Of a stretch of 64,000 nucleotides of DNA, positions 1 to 9,634 are shown in pieces; the stretch's first letter is position 1; every line of letters begins with the position of its first letter. A model generated the notes under the pieces. That model was not told where the DNA came from. It saw only the letters and a program-made list of their open reading frames with translations, and searched no databases. The stretch is taken from the IMG/VR virus record IMGVR_UViG_3300021387_001267, positions 1 to 64,000 of that record, one strand, 5' to 3'. Origin of the DNA: a virus (taxonomy: Duplodnaviria > Heunggongvirae > Uroviricota > Caudoviricetes). The translations under genes and the position numbers were made by a program.

Positions 1-323
1 GTTTCTGCTGGTTCTCATGCCGCTTCGTGGAGCTCCTCTGCCGTCCGGATAGAACAGCATGCTGAGTCCGGTCTGCATAATGTTGTATCCGAGATCGCGA
101 AGACCGGGCTTGATGACCTCGTTTTTCACGCGTTCAGACACCAGCAGAGGATCATCCGACAGGAATGTATCGAGAATTTTCCGTCCGAATGATGTCTTTT
201 TGCGCTCTGCAGCCTGCTTTCCGGTATCCGAGATTCCCTGTTCACGTTCTTCCTTTTCTCGTTGCTCTCTGCGTCGCTTCAGATCTTCCTGTCGTTCTCT
301 GTTATCTTCCATTTCATACCTCC
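1..323 (-). CDS. hypothetical protein; ORF reads through coordinate 1, so the C-terminus lies outside the window
   Basis: Open minus-strand frame from ATG at 321-323 (MEDNRERQEDLKRRREQ...) with AGGAGG 7 nt upstream; no stop before coordinate 1. The plus-strand ORF 59..340 in the track is its shadow. Confidence 0.5.
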
Positions 324-394
324 TAAATATCAAAGATTAGAAAAAAAAGAGCAGCAGTTGTTTCTGCCGCTCCTTTTGGATGCCCCATAAACCT

Positions 395-853
395 TTATTC
401 GGTTTGCTCTTCTTCGGACTTCTTCTTTTTGGTTTCTTCGGTCTCTTCTTCCTCGCCGCCATTTTCCGGCAGGCAGACTGTCCGATTTTCCTCGGAATCG
501 TCATTTCCGCTGCTCACGTCTACCGTTGCTTCTTCGTCCCGCTTTTTCTTGCGAGAGCCATAAGCTGCAAGGCCGAGTCCGGCTACCGCAACGACCGTAG
601 ATGCGCCCTTGGCAAAATCGCCAATGCGCTCTTTACGCCGCTGCTTCTTAGCCTCCTTTTCGGCCTTTTCAGCATTCAGCTCTTCCTCGCTTTTCTGCGG
701 GATCTCTTCCTTGCACCACGGCAGGCGAAAACGGATACGGAATTTCTTTTTCGTTTCCTTGGTCTTCGTTCCTGCATCCTCCTTCGTACCGATTTCCGGC
801 GCGACAGGATTGGTTTCCTCAGTTCCCTGAACCTGATTCTTGTCCTGATCCAT
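395..853 (-). CDS. hypothetical highly charged protein with one central TM segment
   Basis: ORF track 152 aa; TAGGAGG SD 8 nt upstream; K/E-rich with VVAVAGLGLAAY hydrophobic stretch. Confidence 0.5.
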   Translation of the reverse strand: MDQDKNQVQGTEETNPVAPEIGTKEDAGTKTKETKKKFRIRFRLPWCKEEIPQKSEEELNAEKAEKEAKKQRRKERIGDFAKGASTVVAVAGLGLAAYGSRKKKRDEEATVDVSSGNDDSEENRTVCLPENGGEEEETEETKKKKSEEEQTE

Positions 854-994
854 TTTTAGTACCTCCTAAAAGATTTAATGTTGGAGAATCCATTCTCCAA
901 TATACGAAATGCAGTTTTTGTGATTCGCGTCTCATTAATGCCAGACAGGCCTTCCCCGTGCACTGAGAAGGCCCATCTGAATATCATTTGCGTA

Positions 995-1873
995 TTACCA
1001 GGGATTCCGCTCGATAAAATCATCGCTTGGCGTCAGGAATCGTTCAAAATCAATAAAGCAGATACGCGGTTCTCCGGTCGTCGGATCAATATAATCATGC
1101 CAGTCAAGAATCTGATTCGGATGGATGAGATCATACTTTCCATTCATTCGGAATGCCGCATACTTTCCACACTTTCGGCTTCTTGTGTCAATATCCAGCA
1201 TATCATAGACTTCTGAAAGCTCAACATACTGATCTTCTTGCAGCCTTGTATTGAGTTCGGTAATCGCAGTGTTGACTGCAGTAACCGACGAATGGAATCT
1301 TGCCCCGGACCAGGTTTCAACAAACAGCGTGTTTCCATTCCCGGTCTCATGAATTCGATCGCCTTCGAGTACCGGATTTTTCTCGTAGTCATCGCGATGC
1401 CTTTGTTGCCTTGCCTTTTCGAGATCGCCTTTCTTCAGACTGTCCGATTCCTTATTCGAAACTCTGCCCTGAATTGCCGACAGTTCATTCTTGGCGCTCT
1501 GATACAGTGCTGTCATACCCGCAAGTCTCGACAGGTTGATCTTATTGGCGCCTGCTACAGCCAGCGTAGAAGCCCCTGCAACGGCCGCAGGACGCCACAT
1601 ATGCTCGGTAATGATTTTTCCTTTGTCAAGTCTGTCAAGAGGCTCCAGGCCGTTTTCTGCGCGTCTGGAGGCCTCCTGAGCGATTGCTTCTTCCACTTTC
1701 GGAACTTCCATAGCAGTCATAACACCTGCCGCCCAGAATCCCGTAATTCCGACGATTGTCAGAATCGTAGGAGCGTGCTGTTTCCCGACCTTGGCGATGG
1801 CATTGACCGTTTCAGGAATCGCACGGAAGTTAATATTTTTCAGGAAGTCAAAGCTGATCGAGAACTTACTCAT
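995..1873 (-). CDS. hypothetical membrane-anchored protein (paralog of 2641..3531)
   Basis: ORF track 995..1945; start moved to internal ATG (MSKFSISFD) preceded by GGGGGAAG SD; shares HAPTIL and C-terminal blocks with 2641..3531. Confidence 0.5.
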   Translation of the reverse strand: MSKFSISFDFLKNINFRAIPETVNAIAKVGKQHAPTILTIVGITGFWAAGVMTAMEVPKVEEAIAQEASRRAENGLEPLDRLDKGKIITEHMWRPAAVAGASTLAVAGANKINLSRLAGMTALYQSAKNELSAIQGRVSNKESDSLKKGDLEKARQQRHRDDYEKNPVLEGDRIHETGNGNTLFVETWSGARFHSSVTAVNTAITELNTRLQEDQYVELSEVYDMLDIDTRSRKCGKYAAFRMNGKYDLIHPNQILDWHDYIDPTTGEPRICFIDFERFLTPSDDFIERNPW

Positions 1874-2465
1874 GATCGTCTTCCCCCTTCTCGCGAATAT
1901 CGTTGCCATGGTCTTTGCTGTCTTCGGAGGATTTGTCATCCACAACTTTGGCTTCCTCCCGTCTTAGATCTCCTGCGAGAACACCGAGCTTTCCGATCAG
2001 CTCCGAGCAGTATTCTTTGACGTTGTTGGAATAAGATTTCTTCGCAATGCTTCCGAGCTGGCAGATGGCGCACTCAATTGCCGTCGCATCGCCGTTTGCC
2101 GCAATATCAAAGATCTTTGTAGCGGCATCGGTCTTTACGCTGTTGGAATACGAATTGTTCGCGCTCTCCGTCAGCGAAATGATTGCCACAACTTGCGGAG
2201 TCCGTTCCCAGCTGAGTTCGTCGATGTGCTTCGGTTTCTGCTTCTGCTCAGGTGCTGGAGCTTTCTTCTCTTCCTTCTTGCCGGTCTCCACGTGAATATC
2301 ATTTCCGTCGTAGTCAACCTTGACGCCGAACTGACCGAGCTCGTTGTTGATGGCGTTCAGGATCGCCATAGATCCAATGGCAAGTGCACACTTGGCAACA
2401 ATTTTTCCGACTTTCGTAGCGGCCTTCATAAACTTCTCATACTTCTGCGGATCGATTTTCTTCAT
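1866..2465 (-). CDS. hypothetical protein
   Basis: ORF track 199 aa; AAGGAGAA SD; stop overlaps downstream start. Confidence 0.5.
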   Translation of the reverse strand: MKKIDPQKYEKFMKAATKVGKIVAKCALAIGSMAILNAINNELGQFGVKVDYDGNDIHVETGKKEEKKAPAPEQKQKPKHIDELSWERTPQVVAIISLTESANNSYSNSVKTDAATKIFDIAANGDATAIECAICQLGSIAKKSYSNNVKEYCSELIGKLGVLAGDLRREEAKVVDDKSSEDSKDHGNDIREKGEDDHE

Positions 2466-2605
2466 GCGTTCGTTCTCCTTTTAATAATATAAATGATGAG
2501 GAGTGCCAGCAAAATCAGCACTCCTATGATTTTCAGGATCAGCCCTCCAAGAAATAGCGTGACCCTGAGCGACAATTGGAACAGAGAATATAATGCTGAC
2601 AGCAT
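2462..2605 (-). CDS. small hydrophobic membrane protein (47 aa)
   Basis: Not in track (<60 aa); ATG with AAGGAGAG SD; MLSALYSLFQLSLRVTLFLGGLILKIIGVLILLALLIIYIIKRRTNA; TGA overlaps the ATG of 1866..2465 (ATGA). Confidence 0.4.
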   Translation of the reverse strand: MLSALYSLFQLSLRVTLFLGGLILKIIGVLILLALLIIYIIKRRTNA

Positions 2606-2640
2606 GCCGGGACTCTCCTTTCAAGTTCTCCACTATGGCA

Positions 2641-3531
2641 TTACGTAGTCATCAGCGCAAGAGTACGCGTAACCGGCTCAAAGACGTTTCCTTCTTCGTC
2701 TTCAAATATAATTGCCATGACCTCATCACCCTCATAGAAGACGGATCCGAGCTTTGCCTTGAACGGGTGCAGTGGATTCCACTCTGCCACACCGCCGGCC
2801 GGACAGTCTGGAAGTCCGAGGAACCCTCTCCACTTGTTATAGTTCAGAACATGATTGCGTTTGATATATTCTTCTGCAAGTGCGATGGCGTTTTCAACAT
2901 CGTCAACAGTTCCCCAGAACGGAGATCCAAGATACGTGTCAAAGATCAGAATTTCGTTTTCTCCATCCGATTTCTTGCTGACGTCAAACGGCGTATCACC
3001 GTTCATTTTTTCATCGAGAACTTCTTTTCTGAAATCATTGCGAATCTCTTTGAACTCTTCGCTGCCGACCTTGTCCTTGACCGACTTTGCGAATTTCTTT
3101 AGTTTATCTTCGCTCGCTGCAAGCGCAACCGTGAGACCCGCAATCTTGCTTCCGCTGATGCGATTCGACGCAAAGCTGCACCCGAAGGACAAAAATCCGA
3201 ACAACGCAACATACTTATATGCCAGAGCGTACTGAACATCGCGGTTGATACGTGCTTTTCTTTCGAGATCCTTCATTTCTTCATCATCGATCTTTCCGGC
3301 TGTCCGGTCCTTCTGAATGCTGGCACTCTTTTCTTCGTAACGATTCCGGATCTTTACGACATTCTTTGATGCCTTGAACGCTGAAAAAATGCAGAGTCCG
3401 AGCGCAATACCGGATCCCGCGCACAGAATCGTCGGCGCATGATCATCAATAATTCGCTTAATGTCATTCAGTGTTCCGGGATTTGTAGACTTGACTTTGC
3501 CGAATGTTTTAAATACTTTTCCGAAATTCAT
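2641..3531 (-). CDS. hypothetical membrane-anchored protein (paralog of 995..1873)
   Basis: ORF track 296 aa; N-terminal TM; conserved blocks shared with 995..1873. Confidence 0.5.
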   Translation of the reverse strand: MNFGKVFKTFGKVKSTNPGTLNDIKRIIDDHAPTILCAGSGIALGLCIFSAFKASKNVVKIRNRYEEKSASIQKDRTAGKIDDEEMKDLERKARINRDVQYALAYKYVALFGFLSFGCSFASNRISGSKIAGLTVALAASEDKLKKFAKSVKDKVGSEEFKEIRNDFRKEVLDEKMNGDTPFDVSKKSDGENEILIFDTYLGSPFWGTVDDVENAIALAEEYIKRNHVLNYNKWRGFLGLPDCPAGGVAEWNPLHPFKAKLGSVFYEGDEVMAIIFEDEEGNVFEPVTRTLALMTT

Positions 3532-3561
3532 TCAATTTCCTCCTTTTTCAATTCTGTGTAT

Positions 3562-4026
3562 TCAGACTTCCCAATATGCTTCAAATGGCAGACAAGTTCC
3601 TTCCGGGCCAACTACTGTAACAGACTCGTGGATGTTATAGGTATGCCAGTCACAGCTTCTGTTGAACTCCTCTGGTGTCATACGTGTCATGCTGAATTTT
3701 AAATCGACCTTCCAGTCTTCACTTGGCGAATATCCATACTGATACCCAAAATCGGATAGCGCCATTCCCTGAAGTTCATACCAATCGCTGTAGCTGAGAA
3801 CATTCCCATTTTCGTACTCCTCAATGAACTTTTCATTGCATTCTTTTACCGCTTCATAGCTTGAACGAAACCAACGCCCTCCATAGCTGTCATAGAACAG
3901 CTCGTTGCCTCGTCCGGTCAGCTCAGCGGATGGCTGAAACTGATGCACGCTCTTCGGAACGCCGCATTTCGGCCAGATTCCGTTTTTTGACTTTGGCATT
4001 ACTTTTCTTACTACCGATGCTAACAT
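3562..4026 (-). CDS. hypothetical protein
   Basis: ORF track 3562..4050; start moved to MLASVV with GAAAGGAGGAC SD. Confidence 0.5.
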   Translation of the reverse strand: MLASVVRKVMPKSKNGIWPKCGVPKSVHQFQPSAELTGRGNELFYDSYGGRWFRSSYEAVKECNEKFIEEYENGNVLSYSDWYELQGMALSDFGYQYGYSPSEDWKVDLKFSMTRMTPEEFNRSCDWHTYNIHESVTVVGPEGTCLPFEAYWEV

Positions 4027-4107
4027 ATGTCCTCCTTTCACATGTCGCATTGAATCCTGAAATAAAACGAAGAGCAGCCGTAATTAGCCGCTCTCTACGT
4101 TAGAGAC

Positions 4108-4467
4108 TCATTCGGATTTGTTCTCTTCTGTTTCTTCTTCGGGATTCTGTTCAGGTTCTGCAGTCTCGGTTTCTTCTGCAGGTTCTCCAGCCTCATCTTC
4201 CTCGTATGCAACCTTGTAATTTTTGCAGAGATGCACAAAAGCTTTTCCATTTCCGACCATACGGCTGCCGAGTGCTGTTACGCCAACGATCTTGAATCCG
4301 TTTTTCATGTTGGAATTCAGGATCTGTTTGACACACAACGCATCGACAGCAATCGCACCGACCGACATAGCTCTTGCGGTCTGCAAGGATGCATTCGCGA
4401 TCCAATACTTTGGTGCTGACGAAGTAATGCGTTTTCCGCTGACGTGTAGAATATAATACTTTCCCAT
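4108..4467 (-). CDS. hypothetical protein with acidic C-terminal tail
   Basis: ORF track; start moved to MGKYYIL with AAAGGAGAAT SD. Confidence 0.5.
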   Translation of the reverse strand: MGKYYILHVSGKRITSSAPKYWIANASLQTARAMSVGAIAVDALCVKQILNSNMKNGFKIVGVTALGSRMVGNGKAFVHLCKNYKVAYEEDEAGEPAEETETAEPEQNPEEETEENKSE

Positions 4468-4601
4468 AATAGATTCTCCTTTCAATTTTTCCAAAAGATT
4501 CTTTTACTTACTATAGTCTCCATAATAGACCTTGCAGATTTTGTGAGAGGCCGAATGAAAAGAGAAGGGCCGTCGTAAAACAGCCCTTTGAATTCGATAG
4601 G

Positions 4602-4754
4602 TTAACTTTTTCCTTTTCCGGCTTTTGACATTGCCAATATCAATCCGAATACTGCTCCCATTGGTCCTGCCGCCCAGAAGCCTAATCCGCAAAAGATTGC
4701 AACAGTCAATACCTGTACCAAATATCCCTTATCGAATCCATTATTGTTTTCCAT
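4602..4754 (-). CDS. small membrane protein (50 aa)
   Basis: ORF track 4602..4793; start moved to MENNNG with AGAGGAGG SD; two hydrophobic segments. Confidence 0.45.
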   Translation of the reverse strand: MENNNGFDKGYLVQVLTVAIFCGLGFWAAGPMGAVFGLILAMSKAGKGKS

Positions 4755-4831
4755 AAACAGCCTCCTCTTATAATAGATTGACGTCTCTTTCAACGTCTCT
4801 ATTATAAGAGATGCAGAATCTGTGATCTGCC

Positions 4832-5224
4832 CTATTCGATCTCATTAAAATTCTCTTCTTCCCAGAATTCTCGTTTGAGCGGTTTCATTCTAAGCGCCCA
4901 CATGATTTTTCGCAGCGGAACCGTAAAATATAATTGATCCTCATCTGCACATGTTGCAAATGCTTCGAAATATTCTTTAAAGCGCTCGTTCTCCAGAATA
5001 TCATTTGCGATCCATGGGTCAATCGATCCCCACCAGATCGACTTTGTGGCCTCATTAAAATGCTGCTGGACAACCGCCAATCCGATCTCCTCGCCGTCCT
5101 CATTCCAGCCAGTAAATAACGTGCAGCGATTATACATCGGATGATTGCAGCGATAAACTTTTACGCGGTCTTTTTTCAGGTTCAGATTCTCCAAATCTTC
5201 CGGAGCTTTGTAATAATACTTCAT
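4832..5224 (-). CDS. hypothetical protein
   Basis: ORF track 130 aa; weak GAGGAA SD. Confidence 0.45.
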   Translation of the reverse strand: MKYYYKAPEDLENLNLKKDRVKVYRCNHPMYNRCTLFTGWNEDGEEIGLAVVQQHFNEATKSIWWGSIDPWIANDILENERFKEYFEAFATCADEDQLYFTVPLRKIMWALRMKPLKREFWEEENFNEIE

Positions 5225-5290
5225 GTAATATCAATTCCTCAAAAACGAAAAGCAGAGCAACTGCAACGAGTCACTCTGCTTCCGGGAAGG

Positions 5291-5476
5291 TTATTTTTTA
5301 GAAACCCACTTAATATCCATTCTCTGTTTGGTAACGAGACCATACAGTTCAAAGCATACAACATAGAACCAGAATGTGGCGCCGGACCCAATTAAAAAGC
5401 CTTCAATTCCGGCTTTCGCAAAGAGCTTGATGTCATCCCAATTTGCATTCACCTTGTCCTTAATTTTCTTCAGCAT
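5291..5476 (-). CDS. small membrane protein (61 aa)
   Basis: ORF track 5291..5599; start moved to MLKKIKDKV preceded by GGAGGT SD; one TM (FWFYVVCFELYGLV). Confidence 0.45.
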   Translation of the reverse strand: MLKKIKDKVNANWDDIKLFAKAGIEGFLIGSGATFWFYVVCFELYGLVTKQRMDIKWVSKK

Positions 5477-5595
5477 AGTCAATACCTCCATATAATTAGA
5501 TTTAGAATTCATAGATTCCTTCCCAATATATGGATTGTAATTTTTGTGAGAAAAAGAGAGCAGCTGTATGCCGCTCCCCTTTTGAGATGATTCCT

Positions 5596-6003
5596 TCACC
5601 GTTTTTTCGTCTTCAGATATCCCGATGCCACCTGATAAATTGACTTGATCGCATAGGAGACTTTGTCACCATTATATGCAATCCAGCAGAACGCTCCGGC
5701 TTTTCCCGCATCAATCAGACTGTCAGCAAGCCCCGCACCGATCTTCATCTTCTCAACCTTCAGTCTTTGCTGCTCAACTTCAACTTTCCGGTTCTCGACC
5801 TCAACCTTCATGCGGTTGATGTCATTGACCTCGTTATTGTTGAGTCTCGCATTGTCCTCTTTGATTGCCGCGATTTTCATATCGTGCAGAATCTTTGCGT
5901 TTTCCACGATGTATTTGTAGTCGTCATGTTCCGCTTTGGTCTGCCCAAGTTTGTCCAACAATTCATCCTGTCTCTTTTCAATTTTTTCAATGATGTCGTC
6001 CAT
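5596..6003 (-). CDS. hypothetical coiled-coil protein
   Basis: ORF track 135 aa; AAGGAGGT SD; heptad-rich KVEVE repeats. Confidence 0.5.
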   Translation of the reverse strand: MDDIIEKIEKRQDELLDKLGQTKAEHDDYKYIVENAKILHDMKIAAIKEDNARLNNNEVNDINRMKVEVENRKVEVEQQRLKVEKMKIGAGLADSLIDAGKAGAFCWIAYNGDKVSYAIKSIYQVASGYLKTKKR

Positions 6004-6066
6004 AAATCTGACCTCCTTATAAAAATTCAGGATATCATCCCATTACAGAAGGTGCAGATTATGTGA

Positions 6067-6306
6067 TTACATCTTTTGGCCATTGCGCACCTCAAATATA
6101 ATAAAGTTCTGTTTCGCGATCCAGTCTACATCGCCATCAAGCTTAAACACACAACCGATGCTGCCGTCTTCCCGATTCTCGAAATCAATAAAACCGGCCG
6201 GAGTAGGTTTTACACCAACTCGTTTCCCTGCTCGAAAACCGATCAACACAAATATCACAGCCGTCACGATAATGCACACTACAAACTTCCATACTTCCAT
6301 ACTCAT
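6067..6306 (-). CDS. small membrane-anchored protein
   Basis: ORF track 79 aa; AAGGAG SD; N-terminal TM. Confidence 0.5.
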   Translation of the reverse strand: MSMEVWKFVVCIIVTAVIFVLIGFRAGKRVGVKPTPAGFIDFENREDGSIGCVFKLDGDVDWIAKQNFIIFEVRNGQKM

Positions 6307-6369
6307 AGATTTTTGTTTACTCCTTAAAATATAATTGATGAACTACTTTACATTAAAATTCGAGGATTT

Positions 6370-6615
6370 TCAAGTCGAATACTCTTCCTGAATGAGCCGC
6401 TCTGCCTCATCGTAGCTTTCGGCCTCAAAAAGAATCCTCCCGTTGTTTCGATTGTATACCGTTACATCGTCCTGAAGCATCGTAATACCGACGTTAAAAA
6501 TATCATGTGGGGCGTGCTGCTCCGGCTTCTTTGACTTCTTGCGCTTTGTTTCCAGTTGTGCGTTCATCATCCATGTTCCGTAGTCCCAGAGTTGCTTTCC
6601 GCTTCGTACAGCCAT
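6370..6615 (-). CDS. hypothetical protein
   Basis: ORF track 81 aa; AAAGGAGA SD; followed by hairpin terminator. Confidence 0.5.
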   Translation of the reverse strand: MAVRSGKQLWDYGTWMMNAQLETKRKKSKKPEQHAPHDIFNVGITMLQDDVTVYNRNNGRILFEAESYDEAERLIQEEYST

Positions 6616-6772
6616 CTTTGTCTCCTTTCGAATATAAAAGAAAGGAGCCGCTGTTAAGCTAGCTCCTTTTCGGATAATGTTGCCATAAAAATATACTGAT
6701 TTCCTTTCAGCTCAAAGCTTCCAGATCATAATCAGAATCAGTGCCAGTAGGATAAGCAGAATAAACGTGTTT

Positions 6773-7087
6773 TCAGCCATGATCATTCACTACGGCAGGA
6801 TTGCGTGCAGTTGTGACTACTTTTGTTTGACTCTTATAATCTTTTGTTGAACTGCTGGTAAAATCCGATTTTCCTTGCCGACGATTATCTTTTTCGGTGC
6901 GTTCTTCTCGAACATTAAACACAATAAGCGCTTCTCTGTACCCTGCTCCGCTCAGCAAACTCATAGTTGCGACGCTGAATCCTGGGTGATTCTCCAGGTA
7001 TTCATTAATCTGATCTTCGAGAGGCGTGTTGTTCCAGTCACTGCGCAATACATTGTTTCCAAATACAAAATTTTTAGCTATCTGCAT
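6773..7087 (-). CDS. hypothetical protein
   Basis: ORF track 6773..7186; start moved to MQIAKNF with GCGGAGGT SD. Confidence 0.5.
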   Translation of the reverse strand: MQIAKNFVFGNNVLRSDWNNTPLEDQINEYLENHPGFSVATMSLLSGAGYREALIVFNVREERTEKDNRRQGKSDFTSSSTKDYKSQTKVVTTARNPAVVNDHG

Positions 7088-7088
7088 A

Positions 7089-7295
7089 TCATACCTCCGC
7101 ATTAAGACTATAAATGTAAACAACCAGAGTGTATCTGGTCTCGCTATATTTCCCCGCTGCAACAGAATTCTCAATCTGAAGATCAAAATTCACGGTATTG
7201 TCGACATCACCGTACTCTGCAATCAGTTGATTAACCTTATCCTGAGCTCTCTGTGCGGTCATATTTGAATAGATAAATACTTTTGTAAGGTGCAT
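7089..7295 (-). CDS. hypothetical protein
   Basis: ORF track 68 aa; AAGGAGAAT SD; ATGA coupling to 6773..7087. Confidence 0.5.
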   Translation of the reverse strand: MHLTKVFIYSNMTAQRAQDKVNQLIAEYGDVDNTVNFDLQIENSVAAGKYSETRYTLVVYIYSLNAEV

Positions 7296-7342
7296 GATGA
7301 TTCTCCTTGAGATAAAAGAAGAGAAGCCGTTAAGCTTCTCTA

Positions 7343-7528
7343 TTAAATGATGGTGTTACGCGTGTAGATCTCAAAAATGTGTTCCGTACGCTCAAGTTCC
7401 ATTTCTGCGGCAACAAGATATGCCTTTGTAACAACATCGTCGTCCATAGCCTTAAGCTTCTGTAAGTATACTTTAACTTCGTCGATCTGCGTTCCAATCT
7501 TTTTAATAAGATCTTTCTTCTCTTCCAT
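7343..7528 (-). CDS. hypothetical protein
   Basis: ORF track 61 aa; AAAGGAG SD. Confidence 0.5.
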   Translation of the reverse strand: MEEKKDLIKKIGTQIDEVKVYLQKLKAMDDDVVTKAYLVAAEMELERTEHIFEIYTRNTII

Positions 7529-7533
7529 TTATT

Positions 7534-7803
7534 TTACTCCTTTTTATAAAAGTCAGATTTCTCTGCATTATAGGAGTTGTGAAAATTACGATCTTTACAT
7601 TGCATATTGCACATCTCGTTATCGAGTTTGCAGAATGGAATATGAGCACCCATGTCCTGCTCCCATTCAACGCTTGGACAATTATTCACAAATTCGACAT
7701 CTGCCCTCTTTTGTTCGAGGTCAATGAGACTTATTTCTTTGCCTTGTTCTTGCACAGAACATAATAGAAGTAACATAATCATCCAGGCTTCGTCATTTGA
7801 CAT
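7534..7803 (-). CDS. hypothetical Cys-containing protein
   Basis: ORF track 89 aa; TGGAGGAT SD. Confidence 0.5.
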   Translation of the reverse strand: MSNDEAWMIMLLLLCSVQEQGKEISLIDLEQKRADVEFVNNCPSVEWEQDMGAHIPFCKLDNEMCNMQCKDRNFHNSYNAEKSDFYKKE

Positions 7804-7825
7804 TAAGAATCCTCCATAAAAATAT

Positions 7826-7850
7826 GAGGACCTGTAAGTTACAAGTCCTC
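7826..7850 (-). terminator. member of the near-identical terminator family GAGGACCTGTAAGTTACAAGTCCTC
   Basis: Other copies at ~17247-17271, ~19197-19224, ~19603-19629, ~30226-30247. Confidence 0.55.
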
Positions 7851-7857
7851 ATGCTCT

Positions 7858-8142
7858 TTAATAAGAGTCCCATGTTTTATCGAATTCCTCATCGAAGAAT
7901 TTCCAGTTTTTACTCTTCGGAATCCTAAAGTCTCCAAGAAGCATCGGCTGAGCGTAGAGTGCCGCGATTATCAGCCTCTTAGGATTGAACCGATCTATGA
8001 ACTTTGTATGCTGTAATACAAACTTTACAACATCCATATCATAGACATCATGTCCATCCTGCGCAGTTGCATAACCGCTAGTCCAATCTAATTTACTCGG
8101 CGCACGCATCTTCATGCCTTTAGTATTTTGAGTACCCCACAT
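7858..8142 (-). CDS. hypothetical protein
   Basis: ORF track 94 aa; AAGGAGTGAAG SD; terminator hairpin GAGGACCTGTAAGTTACAAGTCCTC immediately downstream. Confidence 0.5.
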   Translation of the reverse strand: MWGTQNTKGMKMRAPSKLDWTSGYATAQDGHDVYDMDVVKFVLQHTKFIDRFNPKRLIIAALYAQPMLLGDFRIPKSKNWKFFDEEFDKTWDSY

Positions 8143-8219
8143 GATTCTTCACTCCTTTAATAAAAATATAGTACTCCATTAAAGGAACTGTAATTATTGC
8201 GATTCTTCTTTCTTTTTAT

Positions 8220-8783
8220 CTAATCATGAAGATCAACAATACAAGCATAGTAATCTTGACTATTTTTAATTGTACTTTTGATAAGTTCATCAAAATTTTC
8301 ATTTTTTGTAAGATGCTTACCATCCCAATGTTCCCGCGCGTATCCGTTACCGTCTATATCAATAAAACAATAACAGTTAATCAGATCGTCGACATTAATG
8401 ATATCTGAAATCTTTGCGCCATCAACATAAAGAAATCCATCTCTAAAGCCAAGAGATGGAAAAAAGGTTTCTTCTATACCGGCAAAACTATAAAATCCAT
8501 GTTTAACGTCATTTGCTATTAATTCTTCAAGAAGATATGAACGAAACAATCTTCCAGCTCTAGGATTGGCGATATAGTAGCCCCATTCATATTTATCTGA
8601 ATTCTTTTTGGTGGACAGCTTAAGCAGTCCGTTATATCTTCCACCGAGTCCATACCAGTCCCATAAGAATGCAGGATATTTACATGGCCTTGTTTCATCA
8701 TCTTCGCAAAATGGACTTAACATCTTACTTATAACAGCATCAGATGGAAATTCTTTTGAAAAAATAACACAACAATAATGCAT
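8220..8783 (-). CDS. hypothetical protein
   Basis: ORF track 187 aa; 1-nt overlap with upstream gene. Confidence 0.5.
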   Translation of the reverse strand: MHYCCVIFSKEFPSDAVISKMLSPFCEDDETRPCKYPAFLWDWYGLGGRYNGLLKLSTKKNSDKYEWGYYIANPRAGRLFRSYLLEELIANDVKHGFYSFAGIEETFFPSLGFRDGFLYVDGAKISDIINVDDLINCYCFIDIDGNGYAREHWDGKHLTKNENFDELIKSTIKNSQDYYACIVDLHD

Positions 8784-9634
8784 TAACTATTCTCCTTCAA
8801 ATACTTCTTAAATTTATTCTCATCTCCGACCGAAATATCATTCTCGAAATCCAGTCCAAACTCCTCAGCTTTTTCGAGAATAGCCTCTGCCAGCTCCTTC
8901 TCATACTTCGGATCGACATAGTTAAAGAATCTGATAGCAGATTTCACGTGCTTCTTGTCCGGCATAGGAAATTTTTTGATCTCAGGAATGCCGTAGAGGC
9001 CTTCATCGGAGTCTTCTGTGTCAGAATGCTCCAAATTCAGCTGATCCATTTTCTGTTCGACCCAGAACCTGCGATACTGTCCCTCAATCTCTGAAATATC
9101 ACGTCCACGAACTGTTTCCTGCATAATGAGCACGTCCCAGATCTTTTCCAGGACTCGCTCCAGAATCATTCGGCTATTCAGATTAATATACTGCTTATCT
9201 CGGTGCTCGGCATACCAATTAAATATCTCAAAGAGATTTCCAGACTTCCAGCTAAACGACCACCAGTCGGCAATCATTTCGAAAATATAAGGCAGTGGGA
9301 TCATGAGAGTCTTATACGGTAGCCCGGCTTCAGGATCATCTTCCATCAGCACCCAATATTGCCAGTGATGCGGATTCTGATGAATGTGATGCAGCCAGGC
9401 ATAGTTAAAGTCCTGTACTACTTTGTAACTACGATTCCCGCCATAGAAATATCTGTCATATGCATCGTACTCCTCGGTCGAATACTTACTCTCATCATGA
9501 TTAAATGACACCATGGCGGTTTCAATTGCAGACTTTTCTTCCTGACTGAGTGCCAGATTATCCAGCATCCAGTGAAGTCCCTTATTTACATTACCGATAT
9601 GCTCGGCCAGATACTGATCGTATGCATAGCTCAT
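8783..9634 (-). CDS. hypothetical protein (His/Trp-rich WLHHIHQNPHHWQYW block)
   Basis: ORF track 283 aa; SD GAGGAAAAC; overlaps neighbours by 1-4 nt. Confidence 0.5.
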   Translation of the reverse strand: MSYAYDQYLAEHIGNVNKGLHWMLDNLALSQEEKSAIETAMVSFNHDESKYSTEEYDAYDRYFYGGNRSYKVVQDFNYAWLHHIHQNPHHWQYWVLMEDDPEAGLPYKTLMIPLPYIFEMIADWWSFSWKSGNLFEIFNWYAEHRDKQYINLNSRMILERVLEKIWDVLIMQETVRGRDISEIEGQYRRFWVEQKMDQLNLEHSDTEDSDEGLYGIPEIKKFPMPDKKHVKSAIRFFNYVDPKYEKELAEAILEKAEEFGLDFENDISVGDENKFKKYLKENS

